A stretch of DNA of 64,000 bases from an uncultured Actinomycetota bacterium (GCA_963773105.1 CAVZAA010000003.1:1040161-1104160), one strand, 5' to 3'. Positions 40,071 to 50,534 are shown, counted from the first letter of the stretch. A program made the numbers and translations. Notes: generated by a model not told the origin, from the sequence alone.

Positions 40071-40886
40071 GTGAGCGATTCCGTGGTTATTGAGCGTATC
40101 GACGCCTTCTGCGACGCCGTGCCCAGAGAGCGCGCCAGAGCGGAGTCGATTGGCGCGCTAGTGCTATTCGTCCCCATGGCCACCGGATTCCCCTACTATG
40201 CCCGGCCCCGGGCCGGCCAGCGGCCGGCTGCGACCGCCGCCGACGTGCGCGCGGTGCGGGCCAGGCAGCGGGAGCTGCTGATCCCAGAATCGTTCGAATG
40301 GGTCGAGCGGACCGCACCCGACATGGCCTCCGCCGCAGCGGAAGCCGGCCTCGCCGTGCACGCGCACCCGCTGCTGGTCCTGGGCTCGCTCGCCCCGGCG
40401 CCGCCGCTGCCCGCGCGGATCGGCGTGCGGATCGTCAGCCCCGAGGACCCGGACCTGATCCTAGCGTGGGCGGTGCCTGGGGTCGCCTTCAACTACCCGG
40501 GGACGGCCATCGGCTCGGCTTCCGTCACCGAGCGGGACAAGATCGCCGCCGACCACGACGCGGCCACCATCGAGCTGCTCCGCGAGCGGCTCCGGTCGCG
40601 GCAGTCCGTGCTGGCCACCGCGTCCGGCCTCAACGGGCCGCTGGCGGCCGGGAGCTATCAGCTGGTGGACGGCACGGCCGAGATCACCGGAATCGGCGTG
40701 CTGCCGGCCAGCCGCCGCCGCGGTCTCGCCGCCGCCGTCACCCGCGCCCTGGCGGCCCACGCCCTGGCCAGCGGCGCGCGCACGGTGTTCCTGTCCGCGA
40801 CGGACGCGACCGTGGCCCGGATCTACGCCCGGCTCGGCTTCCGTGAGATCGGCACCGCCATGATCGCCGAGCCGCCGTCAGACTGA
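40071..40886 (+). CDS. GNAT family N-acetyltransferase
   Basis: C-terminal VLPASRRRGLA and IYARLGF motifs. Confidence 0.85.
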   Translation: MSDSVVIERIDAFCDAVPRERARAESIGALVLFVPMATGFPYYARPRAGQRPAATAADVRAVRARQRELLIPESFEWVERTAPDMASAAAEAGLAVHAHPLLVLGSLAPAPPLPARIGVRIVSPEDPDLILAWAVPGVAFNYPGTAIGSASVTERDKIAADHDAATIELLRERLRSRQSVLATASGLNGPLAAGSYQLVDGTAEITGIGVLPASRRRGLAAAVTRALAAHALASGARTVFLSATDATVARIYARLGFREIGTAMIAEPPSD

Positions 40887-41702
40887 CCGGCTGTGCCTGA
40901 CTCGGGCCAGGCTGGCGGGGGTGAGACCGGACAGAGCGGAGCATTCGCGGGTGAGGTGCGCCTGGTCCGCGTAGCCGCTCTGCGCCGCGATCGCGGCCAG
41001 GTCGGGCGGCTGGCGCGCGGCGTCGAGCAGCCGGACGAAGCGGTGAAAGCGGAGCACCCGCTGCAGCGTCTTGGGGCCGTAGCCGGCCGCCGCCTGGCTC
41101 CGCCGGCGAAACTGCCGCTCGCTCAGGCCAACCGCCGCGGCGACGGCCTCCGCCCGTGCGGCCGGGTCTCGCAGCAGGGCCGCGGCCCGGGTCATGGCCG
41201 GGTCGGGCGCGCCGTCGGCGACCAGCGCGCCGGTGATGTCGAGGAGCCGGACTGCCGCCTCTTCCGGGTCGAGCGCCGGCGACAGCCGTCTGTCGGCGGA
41301 CGGCAGCAGATCGGCCAGCGGCACTCGCTGGTTCAGGATTTCGCTCAGCGGCGTCCGCAGCAGCTGGCCGCCCGCCGAGGGGCGGAACCTGATGCCGACG
41401 ATGACCGAGCCCGCCTTGGTCATCGGTCGGGCGGGACCGGTGTCCGGCCCGGCCATGTGGGCGCCGACGCCCTGTTCCCAGATGAGATCGCTGCAGGCGT
41501 CGGGCAGCACCAGGCCGGACGCGCCGGCTGCGCCGCCCTGGTCACCGTGGTCGGGTTGGTCGCCTTGGTCGGCGGCTTCTGGGATGACGCTGACCCACAG
41601 GCACGCCACCGCGCCGCGCAGCGCGGCCGACGGCGCCCACTCCGCGTACCCGGGGGCGAGCCATGCCCCTGACGGCACGAAGTCCGTCGGCGAAGGCCTC
41701 AT
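40878..41702 (-). CDS. AraC-family regulator with DUF6597-type N-terminal domain
   Basis: VLPDAC.DL, GIRFRP, GLSERQ.RR...G.GPK, GYADQAHL.RE. Confidence 0.87.
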   Translation of the reverse strand: MRPSPTDFVPSGAWLAPGYAEWAPSAALRGAVACLWVSVIPEAADQGDQPDHGDQGGAAGASGLVLPDACSDLIWEQGVGAHMAGPDTGPARPMTKAGSVIVGIRFRPSAGGQLLRTPLSEILNQRVPLADLLPSADRRLSPALDPEEAAVRLLDITGALVADGAPDPAMTRAAALLRDPAARAEAVAAAVGLSERQFRRRSQAAAGYGPKTLQRVLRFHRFVRLLDAARQPPDLAAIAAQSGYADQAHLTRECSALSGLTPASLARVRHSRSV

Positions 41703-41788
41703 GTCACCAGGATGCCACGCGGGCGGAATTCCGCGCCGATGGCCGTTTCGTTCAAGACGGCCGCGCCGCCCGGTGGTGGGATGGTGGC

Positions 41789-42658
41789 ATGAACAAGACT
41801 CCAGACTTCGACGCGGCCGCCGCTTTCCTGGCCGGGCACGCGCGGGTGATCGACCGGCGGATGTTCCAGCGGCTGTTCGCGGGCGGGGCGGCCGGACCGG
41901 TGCGGAACGCGGTGGTCGCCTACCGGAACTCCGACGGCGGCTTCGGGCACGGGCTCGAGCCGGACTGCCGGGCGGCGGCCAGCCAGCCGGCCGCCGTCGA
42001 GATGGCACTGCGGATGATGGACCTCGCCGACGAGTGGGACCCGCGTCTGGTCGGCGACGCGGTCGACTGGCTGGCCGCCATCGCCCCGGCCGAGGGCGGC
42101 GCCGCGTTCGTCGAGCCCTCGGTGGCGGAAGGGCCGCACGCTCCCTGGTGGGTGCCGGAAGACGGGCACCCGGCCTCGCTCATCCAGACCGGCCAGATCT
42201 GCGGGGTGCTGCACGCGCGCGGGTTCGCGCACCCGTGGCTCGACCGCGCGACCGAGGCGATGTGGACCCGCATCGACGCGCTCGCCTCGCCGGGCGCCTA
42301 CGAGATGTTCGGCGTGCTCGCGTTCCTCCAGCACGTGCCGGACCGTGCGCGCGCCACGGCGGCGTTCGCGCGGGTGGGTCCGCTGCTGACGTCGTGCGGG
42401 CTGGTCGCACTCGACCCGGACGCCGAGGGGGAGGCGCACTCGCCGCTTGACTTCGCGCCGCTGCCTTCGTCGATCGCCCGGCCGCTGTTCTCCGCGGCGA
42501 CGATCGAGGCGCACCTCGATCGGCTGGCCCTCTCGCAGCACGACGACGGCGGCTGGATGTTCAACTGGCCATCCTGGTCGGCCGCGGCCGAGGCCGACTG
42601 GCGCGGCTTCCTCACGGTCGACCGGCTGCGCATCCTGCGCGCCAACGGGCGCGCCTGA
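41789..42658 (+). CDS. prenyltransferase/squalene-oxidase-repeat-like hypothetical protein
   Basis: YRNSDGGFG.GLEPD.R and QHDDGGW repeats. Confidence 0.7.
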   Translation: MNKTPDFDAAAAFLAGHARVIDRRMFQRLFAGGAAGPVRNAVVAYRNSDGGFGHGLEPDCRAAASQPAAVEMALRMMDLADEWDPRLVGDAVDWLAAIAPAEGGAAFVEPSVAEGPHAPWWVPEDGHPASLIQTGQICGVLHARGFAHPWLDRATEAMWTRIDALASPGAYEMFGVLAFLQHVPDRARATAAFARVGPLLTSCGLVALDPDAEGEAHSPLDFAPLPSSIARPLFSAATIEAHLDRLALSQHDDGGWMFNWPSWSAAAEADWRGFLTVDRLRILRANGRA

Positions 42659-42728
42659 CGCGCTTGGTGGTTCCGCGCCGTGATGGCGCCTTGACGCCTT
42701 GACGCCTTGACGCCGCGGGCGCGCGGTA

Positions 42729-42760
42729 CGGGGCGGGATCCCGGGTGGGATCCCGCCCCG
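42729..42760. terminator. bidirectional hairpin between convergent genes
   Basis: CGGGGCGGGATCCC-GGGT-GGGATCCCGCCCCG; preceded by (CGCCTTGA)x3 at 42687-42714. Confidence 0.7.
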
Positions 42761-42792
42761 CGTCGCCAGCCGGCCCGATCCGGCGCTCCCGG

Positions 42793-44328
42793 CTACGGCC
42801 GAGGGCAGGCCCGGAACCCGACCGAGGTGCGGCCGGTGCTGCGCGCGCTGCCGCGGGCGAAGGTGACGGTGCCGGTGAGGGTGTAGAACTTCCCGGCGGT
42901 GAGGCCCGCGCCGTGCAGCACCGCGCCGACGGCGGAGTTGCCCAGCTTCAGCGACTTGCCCGCCACCCGCCAGCCGGAGGCCGGCCTGCCCGTGACGCCG
43001 ACCGCCACGTCAACCGGCGGCAGGCAGGAGGCAGGCCCGGTGACGACGACCCGGCCGCCCCTGCCCGACCAGGTGCTGGTGACGTCAAGGCCGGGCAGCA
43101 GCAGCGGGGCGACGAGCAGCCGGTCGCCGTCGGCTGACTCGATCGACCAGGCCACCCAGCCCCGGCCGCTCGGCGCCGTGGTCAGCTGCGGCGTGCCCCC
43201 GGCCATGGTGCCCTTGACGGGTACCCGGACGATGGCGGCGTGCCGCGTGTTGGCCAGGTTCTCCACCGCAATCGCGTCGTCGCACTCGGGCGACGCGACG
43301 GCGAGCCTGCCGCTCGCGTCCGCCACCACGTCATAGCTGGAGGGGAAGCAGTTGCCGAGGTCGCCGGTCAGGGCCGGCGTCGACCAGCCCGCGTTGGTGA
43401 GCCGGGATACGACCGGGTGGTAGTCGGCGTTGTTTTCCGTCGCGATCAGCCGGACGCCGGTGGTGGTCGCCGCCATCCCGAACCCGGCCACGCTCCACGT
43501 TCTGGCGATGGACTTGAACGCCGTCCACCCGCCGCCCGACTGCCGGGCGAAGCCGATCGGCTGGGTGACCGCGCCGTCCTGGTCGACCGCGATCACCGCG
43601 CTGCCGCCGTTGAACGCGATGACGGCGCTGCCGGGAAAGTACGGCGCGGTGATGGTCTGGGGAGGGGTGCCGAGGCCGCGGGTGATCTGTATCTTGCCGG
43701 TGGCGCCCGAGGGGCTGGCGGCCGTCCAGATGCTGCCGTTGGGCGCGAGGGTGGCGTCGAGGAGGTTCCCGAAGCTCGGCCCGGCCGAGACATCCTTCTC
43801 GGCCGAGAGCTTCCCGCCGCCCTGCGACGTGGCGACGGCGATCTTGTCGCCCTCGGTGCCGTTCTCCGAGGTCACCGTGGAGTGCATCCACACCAGGGTC
43901 ACCAGGTTGGACTTGCTGACGAGGACCCGGAGCCCGGCGGCGGTCGAGGAGAAGGTGGGGTCGGGCGCGGAGGCGATCGTCTGCACCCCGCCCGCGCAGC
44001 GGGTGGCGCCCCTCGGCAGCGTGCACAGGCTCACCTTGCGGCCCGAGCCGTTGTCGCCGATCCAGCCGACGTAGGCGGTGCCGTTGGGGCCGGTGGCCAT
44101 GTCGTAGCCGGAGAACTCGGCGTTGTTGGCGAGCGTGATCGCGGAGCCGGTGAGGCCGGCCTTCGCGGCGGCGGTGGTGACGGCGGCCGGTCCGGCGGGC
44201 GCGCGCACGGCTGCCTGCGCGGCCTGGAGTGAGGCCAGGCCGGGCAACATCGCCACGCAGGCGGCCGCGGCCGCGGCTGCGGCCGCCCAGGCGAAGCGGC
44301 GCGACGTGGGGCGAGATGGATGGGGCAT
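42793..44328 (-). CDS. secreted protein, predicted beta-rich/propeller with C-terminal domain
   Basis: Signal peptide (RRFAW...AQA), Gly/Thr/Ser-rich beta segments, three Cys pairs. Confidence 0.65.
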   Translation of the reverse strand: MPHPSRPTSRRFAWAAAAAAAAACVAMLPGLASLQAAQAAVRAPAGPAAVTTAAAKAGLTGSAITLANNAEFSGYDMATGPNGTAYVGWIGDNGSGRKVSLCTLPRGATRCAGGVQTIASAPDPTFSSTAAGLRVLVSKSNLVTLVWMHSTVTSENGTEGDKIAVATSQGGGKLSAEKDVSAGPSFGNLLDATLAPNGSIWTAASPSGATGKIQITRGLGTPPQTITAPYFPGSAVIAFNGGSAVIAVDQDGAVTQPIGFARQSGGGWTAFKSIARTWSVAGFGMAATTTGVRLIATENNADYHPVVSRLTNAGWSTPALTGDLGNCFPSSYDVVADASGRLAVASPECDDAIAVENLANTRHAAIVRVPVKGTMAGGTPQLTTAPSGRGWVAWSIESADGDRLLVAPLLLPGLDVTSTWSGRGGRVVVTGPASCLPPVDVAVGVTGRPASGWRVAGKSLKLGNSAVGAVLHGAGLTAGKFYTLTGTVTFARGSARSTGRTSVGFRACPRP

Positions 44329-44406
44329 CGTGTGACTCCCAGGCGAGTTCGGTGGCTTGTGCTGCTTCCCGCAAAAAGTAAAGTTCTAGTGCGTAACGTC
44401 TGAGTA

Positions 44407-47400
44407 ATGGGGGTCACGGGGGCCGGCACCGAGCCGGGACGGGTAACGGACGCATCGGACGCATCGGATGCAACAGATACAGCGGATTCATCGGATCTGC
44501 GGGTCGAGGTCATCGGCGTCGGCGCCGTGCGGCGCGGGGATGCGGTGGTCGCCGGCCTGGAGCTCGGCGGGCGCCGGGCCAGGGTGGTGCTCGCGGCGCT
44601 GGCGCTCACCGACGGCCCGGTTGCGGCCGATCGGCTGGCCGCGCTCATCTGGCTGAACGCGCCGCCGCCGACCTGGCCTGCCGCCCTGCGCGGAGTTGTC
44701 AGGTCGCTGCGCACGGCGCTGGACGCCGTCCAGGCGGGCGGACAGCGGCTGATCGCCACCACGCCATCCGGCTACTGCCTGGCCCCCGGTACCAGCGTCG
44801 ACCTGGACCTGGCGGAGGCCGCGCTGGCGGAGGCGAGCACCCTGGCCGCGCAGGGCAGGCACGAGGCGGCGATCGCAGCCGCCGAGCCGGTCACCGGGAT
44901 CTCGGGCGACCAGCTGCTGCCCGGCGAGGACGGCTCCTGGCTGGCGCCGCACCGCGCGCTGGCCGACGCGCTGGCGCTGCGGGCCCTGGAGCTGGTGGCC
45001 GAGTCGGCCGGCGCGCTGGGCGATCACCACCGGGCCGTGGCAGCCGGGCGTCGCGCGGTGAGCGTGAACCCGCTCAACGAGCGCTCGCACCGCGTTCTCT
45101 TCCGCGCCCTGCACGGCGCCGGGGACCGGGCCGGGGTGGTGCTGGCGTACGAGGCGTGCCGCGAGACCCTGGCTGAGCAGCTCGGCGTGGACCCGGCGCT
45201 TGAGACCATCGACGCTTATCTGGCCGCGATCGGCAGCGCCACGGCGGGCGGGCAGTGGCAAGCGGCGACGGCGGCAGGCAGCGGGCCGGGGCAGGCCGCG
45301 CGGGTACCGCAGCCATCGTCGGCCTTCTTCGGCCGGGCGGCGGAGATCGCCGCGCTCACCGCGGCGATCGCGGAGCCCGGCCTCGTGACGGTCGCGGGCC
45401 GCGGCGGGGTCGGCAAGACCCGCCTGGTCATACAGGTCGCCCGGGCGGCGGCGACGGCGGCCGCGCTGAGCGGCGGACGGCGCTGGGTGTCGCTTGGGGC
45501 GGTTGACCGAGATGAGCTCGTCGCGGCCGAGGCGGCCATGGCGCTCGGGCTTCCGGTCGGCACCGACGACGCCACCGGGCTGATAGCCGACCACCTCGCG
45601 CCGCTTGGCCGGGCCCTGCTGGTGCTTGACGGCTCCGAGGCCGTACTGGACGGGACCGCGTCGCTGGCCGCGAGCCTGCTCGCCGCCTGTCCGGCTCTGA
45701 CGCTAGTGGTCACCAGTCGGGTACCGCTGAGCGTGGAAACCGAGCGGGTGATCGGCCTCGCCGCGTTCCCGCCGCCGGTCTACGGCAGCTGGCGGGAACT
45801 GGCCGCCAGCGACCCGGTCCTGCTGCTGGCCGACTGGGCGCGCCGGGGCGGCGGCGAGCTGGCGGTGGACGAGGCGACCACGCCGTTCGTGGTCGAGCTG
45901 TGCCGGCGCTGCGGCGGGCTTCCGTTGGCGATCGAGCTGGCCGGGGCGCAGCTGGCCGCCATGTCCGTGCCCGACCTGCTCGACCACCTGCCCGAGCTTG
46001 CCGTCGAGAGCGCCGACCGGGTGCGCGCCATCGCCGAGACCAGCTACGCGCTGCTGGACCCGGACGAGGCGACGGTCTTCCGCCGGCTGGCGGTGCTCGA
46101 CGGGCCGGTCGCGCTGCCGTTCCTGCGCGACGTGGTGGCGGGCGGGGGAATCGCGCCGGTCCGGATCGTGCGGATCTTGCGCGAGCTGACCGCGCGCGGG
46201 TTGCTGTCGGTGGACCGCTCGGGCCCCCGCTGGCGCTACCACCAGGACGATGACCTGCACCGGATGGCCAGGGAGCTGCTCGACCAGTCGGGCGAGGCGG
46301 CGGCCGTCACCGTCCGGCTGGCGGAGGCCGTGTCGGCCGTCCTGCCCGCCGAGGCCAAGGCGTCGCCGGGCCCCTACCTCGACGCGATCGGCGAGATTAT
46401 CGCCGCGGTCCGCTCGGTGCTAGGCGCTGCCGTCAACGGCGTCCTCGACGCCGGCCGCAGCCTTGACATCGCCTTCCGGCTGCACCGGTACTGGGCCGCG
46501 GCCAACGTGGCCGAGGGCCGGTTCTGGCTGTCGCGGCTGCTGGCCGGCGCCCCTCCCGGCCCCGGGACCGCCCACGTCACCTACGCGCTGGGCTACCTCG
46601 GCTACTGGGCCGGGGACACCGCCGCCGCGACGGCGGACCTGCGCTCAGCGGCGGATCAGATGAAGGGCCAGCCCGACGAGTACGCCGCCCGAGCGCTGAT
46701 CTACCTGGGCGGACTGGCCGATGACACCGACCGGGGGGAGGAGGCGCTCGACTACGTCCGCCGTGCGATCGCCGCCGCCGCCCCCTTCAGCACCGACCTG
46801 CAGGTCGGCGCCGCCATCGGGATGGGCTGCGTGCTCGCCGAGCGGGCCAGCCCCGAGGCCGCCAGCTTCGCCGCCGAGGCAATCGCGCTCTGCCGCCGGG
46901 CCGGCTCACCCGAGCAGCTGGCCGCGACCCTGCCCACCGCCGCGATGGTGTGCTGGCAGGTCGGCGACCTGAACGCGGCCCGCAGTTACGTCGCCGAGGC
47001 AATGCCGCTGCTGGCCGGGCCGCGCCGGATCGCCCGGGTGGTCCTGCTGTCGGCGGCGGCCGGGATCGCGCTGGCCGACGGAGACCTCAGCGCCGCCGTC
47101 GAGTTGGGAACCACGGCCGACGCCGACGCCCGCGACCTCGGCATCGACCGCGAGGTACCGCTCATTCTGTGCGTACTCGCGCGGGCCCTGCTGGCCGGCG
47201 GGGACCTGACCGGAGCGGCGGCGAAGGCAGCGGAGGCAATCACGGCGGCCCGCTCGCTGACCTACACGTTCCCGATGGCGCTATGCCTGGAGACGGCGGC
47301 CCTGATCGTGCTGGGGCAGGCGGGAGGCGACGCCCCGGTCGAGGCGAGCGGCCGGCTGCTGGCCGCCGCGGCGACCAGCAGGGAACGCGGCCACCGGCCG

Positions 47401-47535
47401 GGCCCGGTAACGCTGTCGGCCGCCGTCGCGGATGCCCTCAGCGCCCTGCCGCAACCGCCGGGGACGGCCGCTGACCTGGCAGAAGCAGCCGACCTTGCCA
47501 TCGCCCTGCTCGGGCACCGCATCGGCACGCGCTAG
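44407..47535 (+). CDS. AfsR/SARP-like regulator (wHTH-BTAD, NB-ARC ATPase, TPR)
   Basis: BTAD (PLNE...EQLGVDP), FFGR, GRGGVGKTRL, VTSR, GLPLAIELA. Confidence 0.88.
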   Translation: MGVTGAGTEPGRVTDASDASDATDTADSSDLRVEVIGVGAVRRGDAVVAGLELGGRRARVVLAALALTDGPVAADRLAALIWLNAPPPTWPAALRGVVRSLRTALDAVQAGGQRLIATTPSGYCLAPGTSVDLDLAEAALAEASTLAAQGRHEAAIAAAEPVTGISGDQLLPGEDGSWLAPHRALADALALRALELVAESAGALGDHHRAVAAGRRAVSVNPLNERSHRVLFRALHGAGDRAGVVLAYEACRETLAEQLGVDPALETIDAYLAAIGSATAGGQWQAATAAGSGPGQAARVPQPSSAFFGRAAEIAALTAAIAEPGLVTVAGRGGVGKTRLVIQVARAAATAAALSGGRRWVSLGAVDRDELVAAEAAMALGLPVGTDDATGLIADHLAPLGRALLVLDGSEAVLDGTASLAASLLAACPALTLVVTSRVPLSVETERVIGLAAFPPPVYGSWRELAASDPVLLLADWARRGGGELAVDEATTPFVVELCRRCGGLPLAIELAGAQLAAMSVPDLLDHLPELAVESADRVRAIAETSYALLDPDEATVFRRLAVLDGPVALPFLRDVVAGGGIAPVRIVRILRELTARGLLSVDRSGPRWRYHQDDDLHRMARELLDQSGEAAAVTVRLAEAVSAVLPAEAKASPGPYLDAIGEIIAAVRSVLGAAVNGVLDAGRSLDIAFRLHRYWAAANVAEGRFWLSRLLAGAPPGPGTAHVTYALGYLGYWAGDTAAATADLRSAADQMKGQPDEYAARALIYLGGLADDTDRGEEALDYVRRAIAAAAPFSTDLQVGAAIGMGCVLAERASPEAASFAAEAIALCRRAGSPEQLAATLPTAAMVCWQVGDLNAARSYVAEAMPLLAGPRRIARVVLLSAAAGIALADGDLSAAVELGTTADADARDLGIDREVPLILCVLARALLAGGDLTGAAAKAAEAITAARSLTYTFPMALCLETAALIVLGQAGGDAPVEASGRLLAAAATSRERGHRPGPVTLSAAVADALSALPQPPGTAADLAEAADLAIALLGHRIGTR

Positions 47536-47679
47536 CCACGCCGACCGGTAGGCACCGCGCCTCCGCTGGCTGCTCGCGGTTCTGCTCGCGGCCGCCGCAG
47601 AGGCCTGCCGCATTGACGATCGCGACGGGCCGAAGCGGAATCTCGACTGGCCGCGCGCGCACCCTCTATGGTGTCGGTT

Positions 47680-48882
47680 ATGAGGCGCGTACCCGCGGGC
47701 GGGCAGGCTGATCGGGTAGTGCGGCGTTTCGCTCGACGCGCGGTTTTCCTGGCCGTCCTCGCCGTGCTGGCCGGGTCCGTGTCCGGGGCCGCCGCGGCGA
47801 CGGCGGCACCCGCCGCGCCGGCCGCGGCGCGGGCCGGCCCGCCTGGCTGGCGGATCACGCAGGTGCTGGCGGGCGTGACGGTCGGCGGGCTGTGGGCGGG
47901 CGGGAAGCGGGATGCCTGGATGGCCGGTGACGAGTGCGCCGACTTCGCGACGTGCGGCCAAACCGCCACCAGCAACGGCACCCTCGTCATCAGGCACTGG
48001 GACGGCCAGGCCTGGCGCGTGGTGATCCCGCCCAGGGCCTATATCAACAGCCCCCTCGACCAGGGCGTCCTCGCGGTGGCCGCTACTTCGGGCGCCAACG
48101 CCTGGGTGCTGGCCGGGCGCGGCACCGGGGGAGTCGATTACACCGACGCGCTGCACTGGACCGGCAGGCGGTGGGCCCCGCCCCTTCGACTCGGCGCCGC
48201 GATCCAGGCGGCGGTCGCCCCGTCGGCGACGCAGCTGTGGGCGTTCGGCGAACCGTCGTCGAACGCGCCTGGCTATTTCGCGCACTTTAACGGCAGGAAC
48301 TGGACGCACGGGTCGTTCCCGTTCAACGGCACGGCCGCCGCGGCGCGCTCCGCCAGCGACGTATGGGTCGGCGGTAACGGCGCGCGGGGTCTCGGCATCG
48401 AGCACTGGGACGGTCACCGGTGGCGCGCCACCCCGCTGCCCAAGCTCGGGCTTACCGGAACTGACCTGTCCTTCGCCAACGTCCAGGGCTTGGCCGACAT
48501 CGGGCCGGGTAAGGTCTGGGCCGACATTTCGACGCTGAACAACAGCGGGACGAACCCGCCGGGCACCATCCTCCTGCACTGGAACGGCAAGGCCTGGTCC
48601 CGGGTCAAGTTCCCGTACGTGGGGAGCGCGACCGCATCCGTCGGGTACGACGGCCATGGCGGAATCTGGCTGGTGACCTGGAACGGCGCCGGCGCCCACT
48701 CGAACCTGTGGTTCGACCACTATGCCGGCGGCCGCTGGACTCGGGTCAAGGTCCCGAGCAGCCATGGCGAGCAGCCCGAGGTGTTCAACCTGGCCTCGAT
48801 CCCCGGCAGCCGCTCGTTGTGGGCCGCCGGCGGGGTCGATTTCGCCAACGACGGCGAGGCCATCCTCAAGTACGGCCCGTGA
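47680..48882 (+). CDS. secreted beta-propeller protein with HW(D/N)GxxW repeats
   Basis: Signal peptide; six repeats HWDGQAW, HWTGRRW, HFNGRNW, HWDGHRW, HWNGKAW, HYAGGRW; start uncertain. Confidence 0.75.
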   Translation: MRRVPAGGQADRVVRRFARRAVFLAVLAVLAGSVSGAAAATAAPAAPAAARAGPPGWRITQVLAGVTVGGLWAGGKRDAWMAGDECADFATCGQTATSNGTLVIRHWDGQAWRVVIPPRAYINSPLDQGVLAVAATSGANAWVLAGRGTGGVDYTDALHWTGRRWAPPLRLGAAIQAAVAPSATQLWAFGEPSSNAPGYFAHFNGRNWTHGSFPFNGTAAAARSASDVWVGGNGARGLGIEHWDGHRWRATPLPKLGLTGTDLSFANVQGLADIGPGKVWADISTLNNSGTNPPGTILLHWNGKAWSRVKFPYVGSATASVGYDGHGGIWLVTWNGAGAHSNLWFDHYAGGRWTRVKVPSSHGEQPEVFNLASIPGSRSLWAAGGVDFANDGEAILKYGP

Positions 48883-48884
48883 GC

Positions 48885-48904
48885 ACGCCCTCCCGCGAGG
48901 GCGT
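48885..48904. terminator. hairpin between convergent genes
   Basis: ACGCCCTC-CCGC-GAGGGCGT. Confidence 0.55.
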
Positions 48905-48916
48905 TAGGGCGCGCGG

Positions 48917-49453
48917 TCAGAGCGCGCGGGTCAGGATGTCGGAGACGGGTGCGGACGGGTCCGGGCCGCGGGCGCGGCCGACCTTGGTCCAGCCCCAGTT
49001 CCTGAAGGCGGCTTGCGCGGCCGCCGCGCCGGGCGGGAGCTTAACCGTGGCGCGCTCTTCGGCCCGGCCGTCCAGCACGAGGTCAACGAGTTCGGCGGCG
49101 ATGCCCTGACGCCGCCAGGAGCTGCGGACCAGCAGCTGGGTCAGCGCGAAGGTGCGTCCTGGATGCTCGTCGGTGATGTCGGCCGGCAGCGGGGACGTCA
49201 CGTCCCGCCACCAGTCGGTGGACGGCCGGAGCGGCAGCCCGCAGCAGAAACCGACCAGGTAGCCGCCGTGGCTCGCCTCGACAAGCAGGAAGCCGGGCTG
49301 CCGACGCCACACCTCGAGCCGGCGCGCGAAGTCGGCGACGTCGCCGATCACCTCGTCATGGAGGGCGACCAGCCCCGTCTCCCTGGCTGCCGCCTGGCGG
49401 CCGTCCTGCGCCTCCAGCGTCACGCCGGGCGCGGACCACGACGGGATGCTCAT
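48917..49453 (-). CDS. GNAT family N-acetyltransferase
   Basis: LLVR..WRRQGIA and AAF..WGW motifs. Confidence 0.78.
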   Translation of the reverse strand: MSIPSWSAPGVTLEAQDGRQAAARETGLVALHDEVIGDVADFARRLEVWRRQPGFLLVEASHGGYLVGFCCGLPLRPSTDWWRDVTSPLPADITDEHPGRTFALTQLLVRSSWRRQGIAAELVDLVLDGRAEERATVKLPPGAAAAQAAFRNWGWTKVGRARGPDPSAPVSDILTRAL

Positions 49454-49456
49454 CGC

Positions 49457-50230
49457 TCACTCACCGGTCGCCCACCGTGCGGCGTCGACGATCGTCCGGG
49501 CGCTCAGCCGGCCGGCGCTGACCGCGTGCGCCTCGGTGGTGGGACGGCAGCGCCGCCTGGCCGCGTCCCACTCGGTCATCACGACGCCGGCGTGGTCGGT
49601 GTCCGGCTCGGCTAGCCGGACCAGCCAGCCGCGGCTGGCGGCGGCCGCGGCGAAGTCACGCGACTGCCTGATGTCGACCCTGCTGTCGCGGGTGCCGTGC
49701 ACGATATGGAACGGGACCGGCTTAACGTTCGCGGCCGCGGCGATGTCGGCGATCGGCCCGTTCCCGGCCGGGCTCATCACCGTCTCCCGGCGGAACCCGC
49801 CGGCCAGGCAGACGACCGCCGACGGACGCCAGCCGCCGACGGTCGCCGGGTTCAGCGCCAGCGACGCGGCCATCCGCCCGCCCCGCGACCACCCGGCGAG
49901 CACGAACTCACCGTCGCCGCCGGTCGTCAGATCGGCGGACCGCTCGCGGGCCAGCCCGCGGGCGAAATCCACCGACGCCAGCAGGTGCGCCCGCCCGCCG
50001 TCGGGCACCTCGGACTCCCAGTCCGGTACCACCACCGCGACGCCAAGCCCGGCCACCTCGGTCGCCAGCGGTTGGAGGACATCCCGCTCGTCCACGCCGA
50101 CGCCGTGCCACAGCAGCGCCAACGGCGCAGGCCCGGCCCGCCGCGGCAGGTAGACATCCGCCAGCTTCCCCAGCCCGTAGTCGACGCCCCGCTCGATGAG
50201 AACGTCCCCCACGCCAGCACCATCCACCAC
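49457..50230 (-). CDS. alpha/beta hydrolase
   Basis: GWSRGG nucleophile elbow, HGTRD, DH triad residues. Confidence 0.82.
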   Translation of the reverse strand: MVDGAGVGDVLIERGVDYGLGKLADVYLPRRAGPAPLALLWHGVGVDERDVLQPLATEVAGLGVAVVVPDWESEVPDGGRAHLLASVDFARGLARERSADLTTGGDGEFVLAGWSRGGRMAASLALNPATVGGWRPSAVVCLAGGFRRETVMSPAGNGPIADIAAAANVKPVPFHIVHGTRDSRVDIRQSRDFAAAAASRGWLVRLAEPDTDHAGVVMTEWDAARRRCRPTTEAHAVSAGRLSARTIVDAARWATGE

Positions 50231-50534
50231 CCAAGCAGGCTACAGCGATCCCCGATCGCCGAATCATGAGCCGGGCGACTCGGCTCGCGCCGCGACACAG
50301 GTGGCCTCCGTGATGGGTGGGGCTGATGGGTCATGCCATGAAGATCAACTATTTGAAATCCATAGCGTTTCCGGTGCTATAGTCCCGCAAACGCCATGGA
50401 TTTAATTCGAACTTGGTTTCAAGCGACAAGCCGCCGGACGTTGGCGTGGGCGTCAGCCCAAAAAGAGATGGCTGAGCGGGTTTTTGTTTTGCCCGCCACG
50501 ACCAGCGACGCCCAAGCAGACAGCAGAGATCGCG

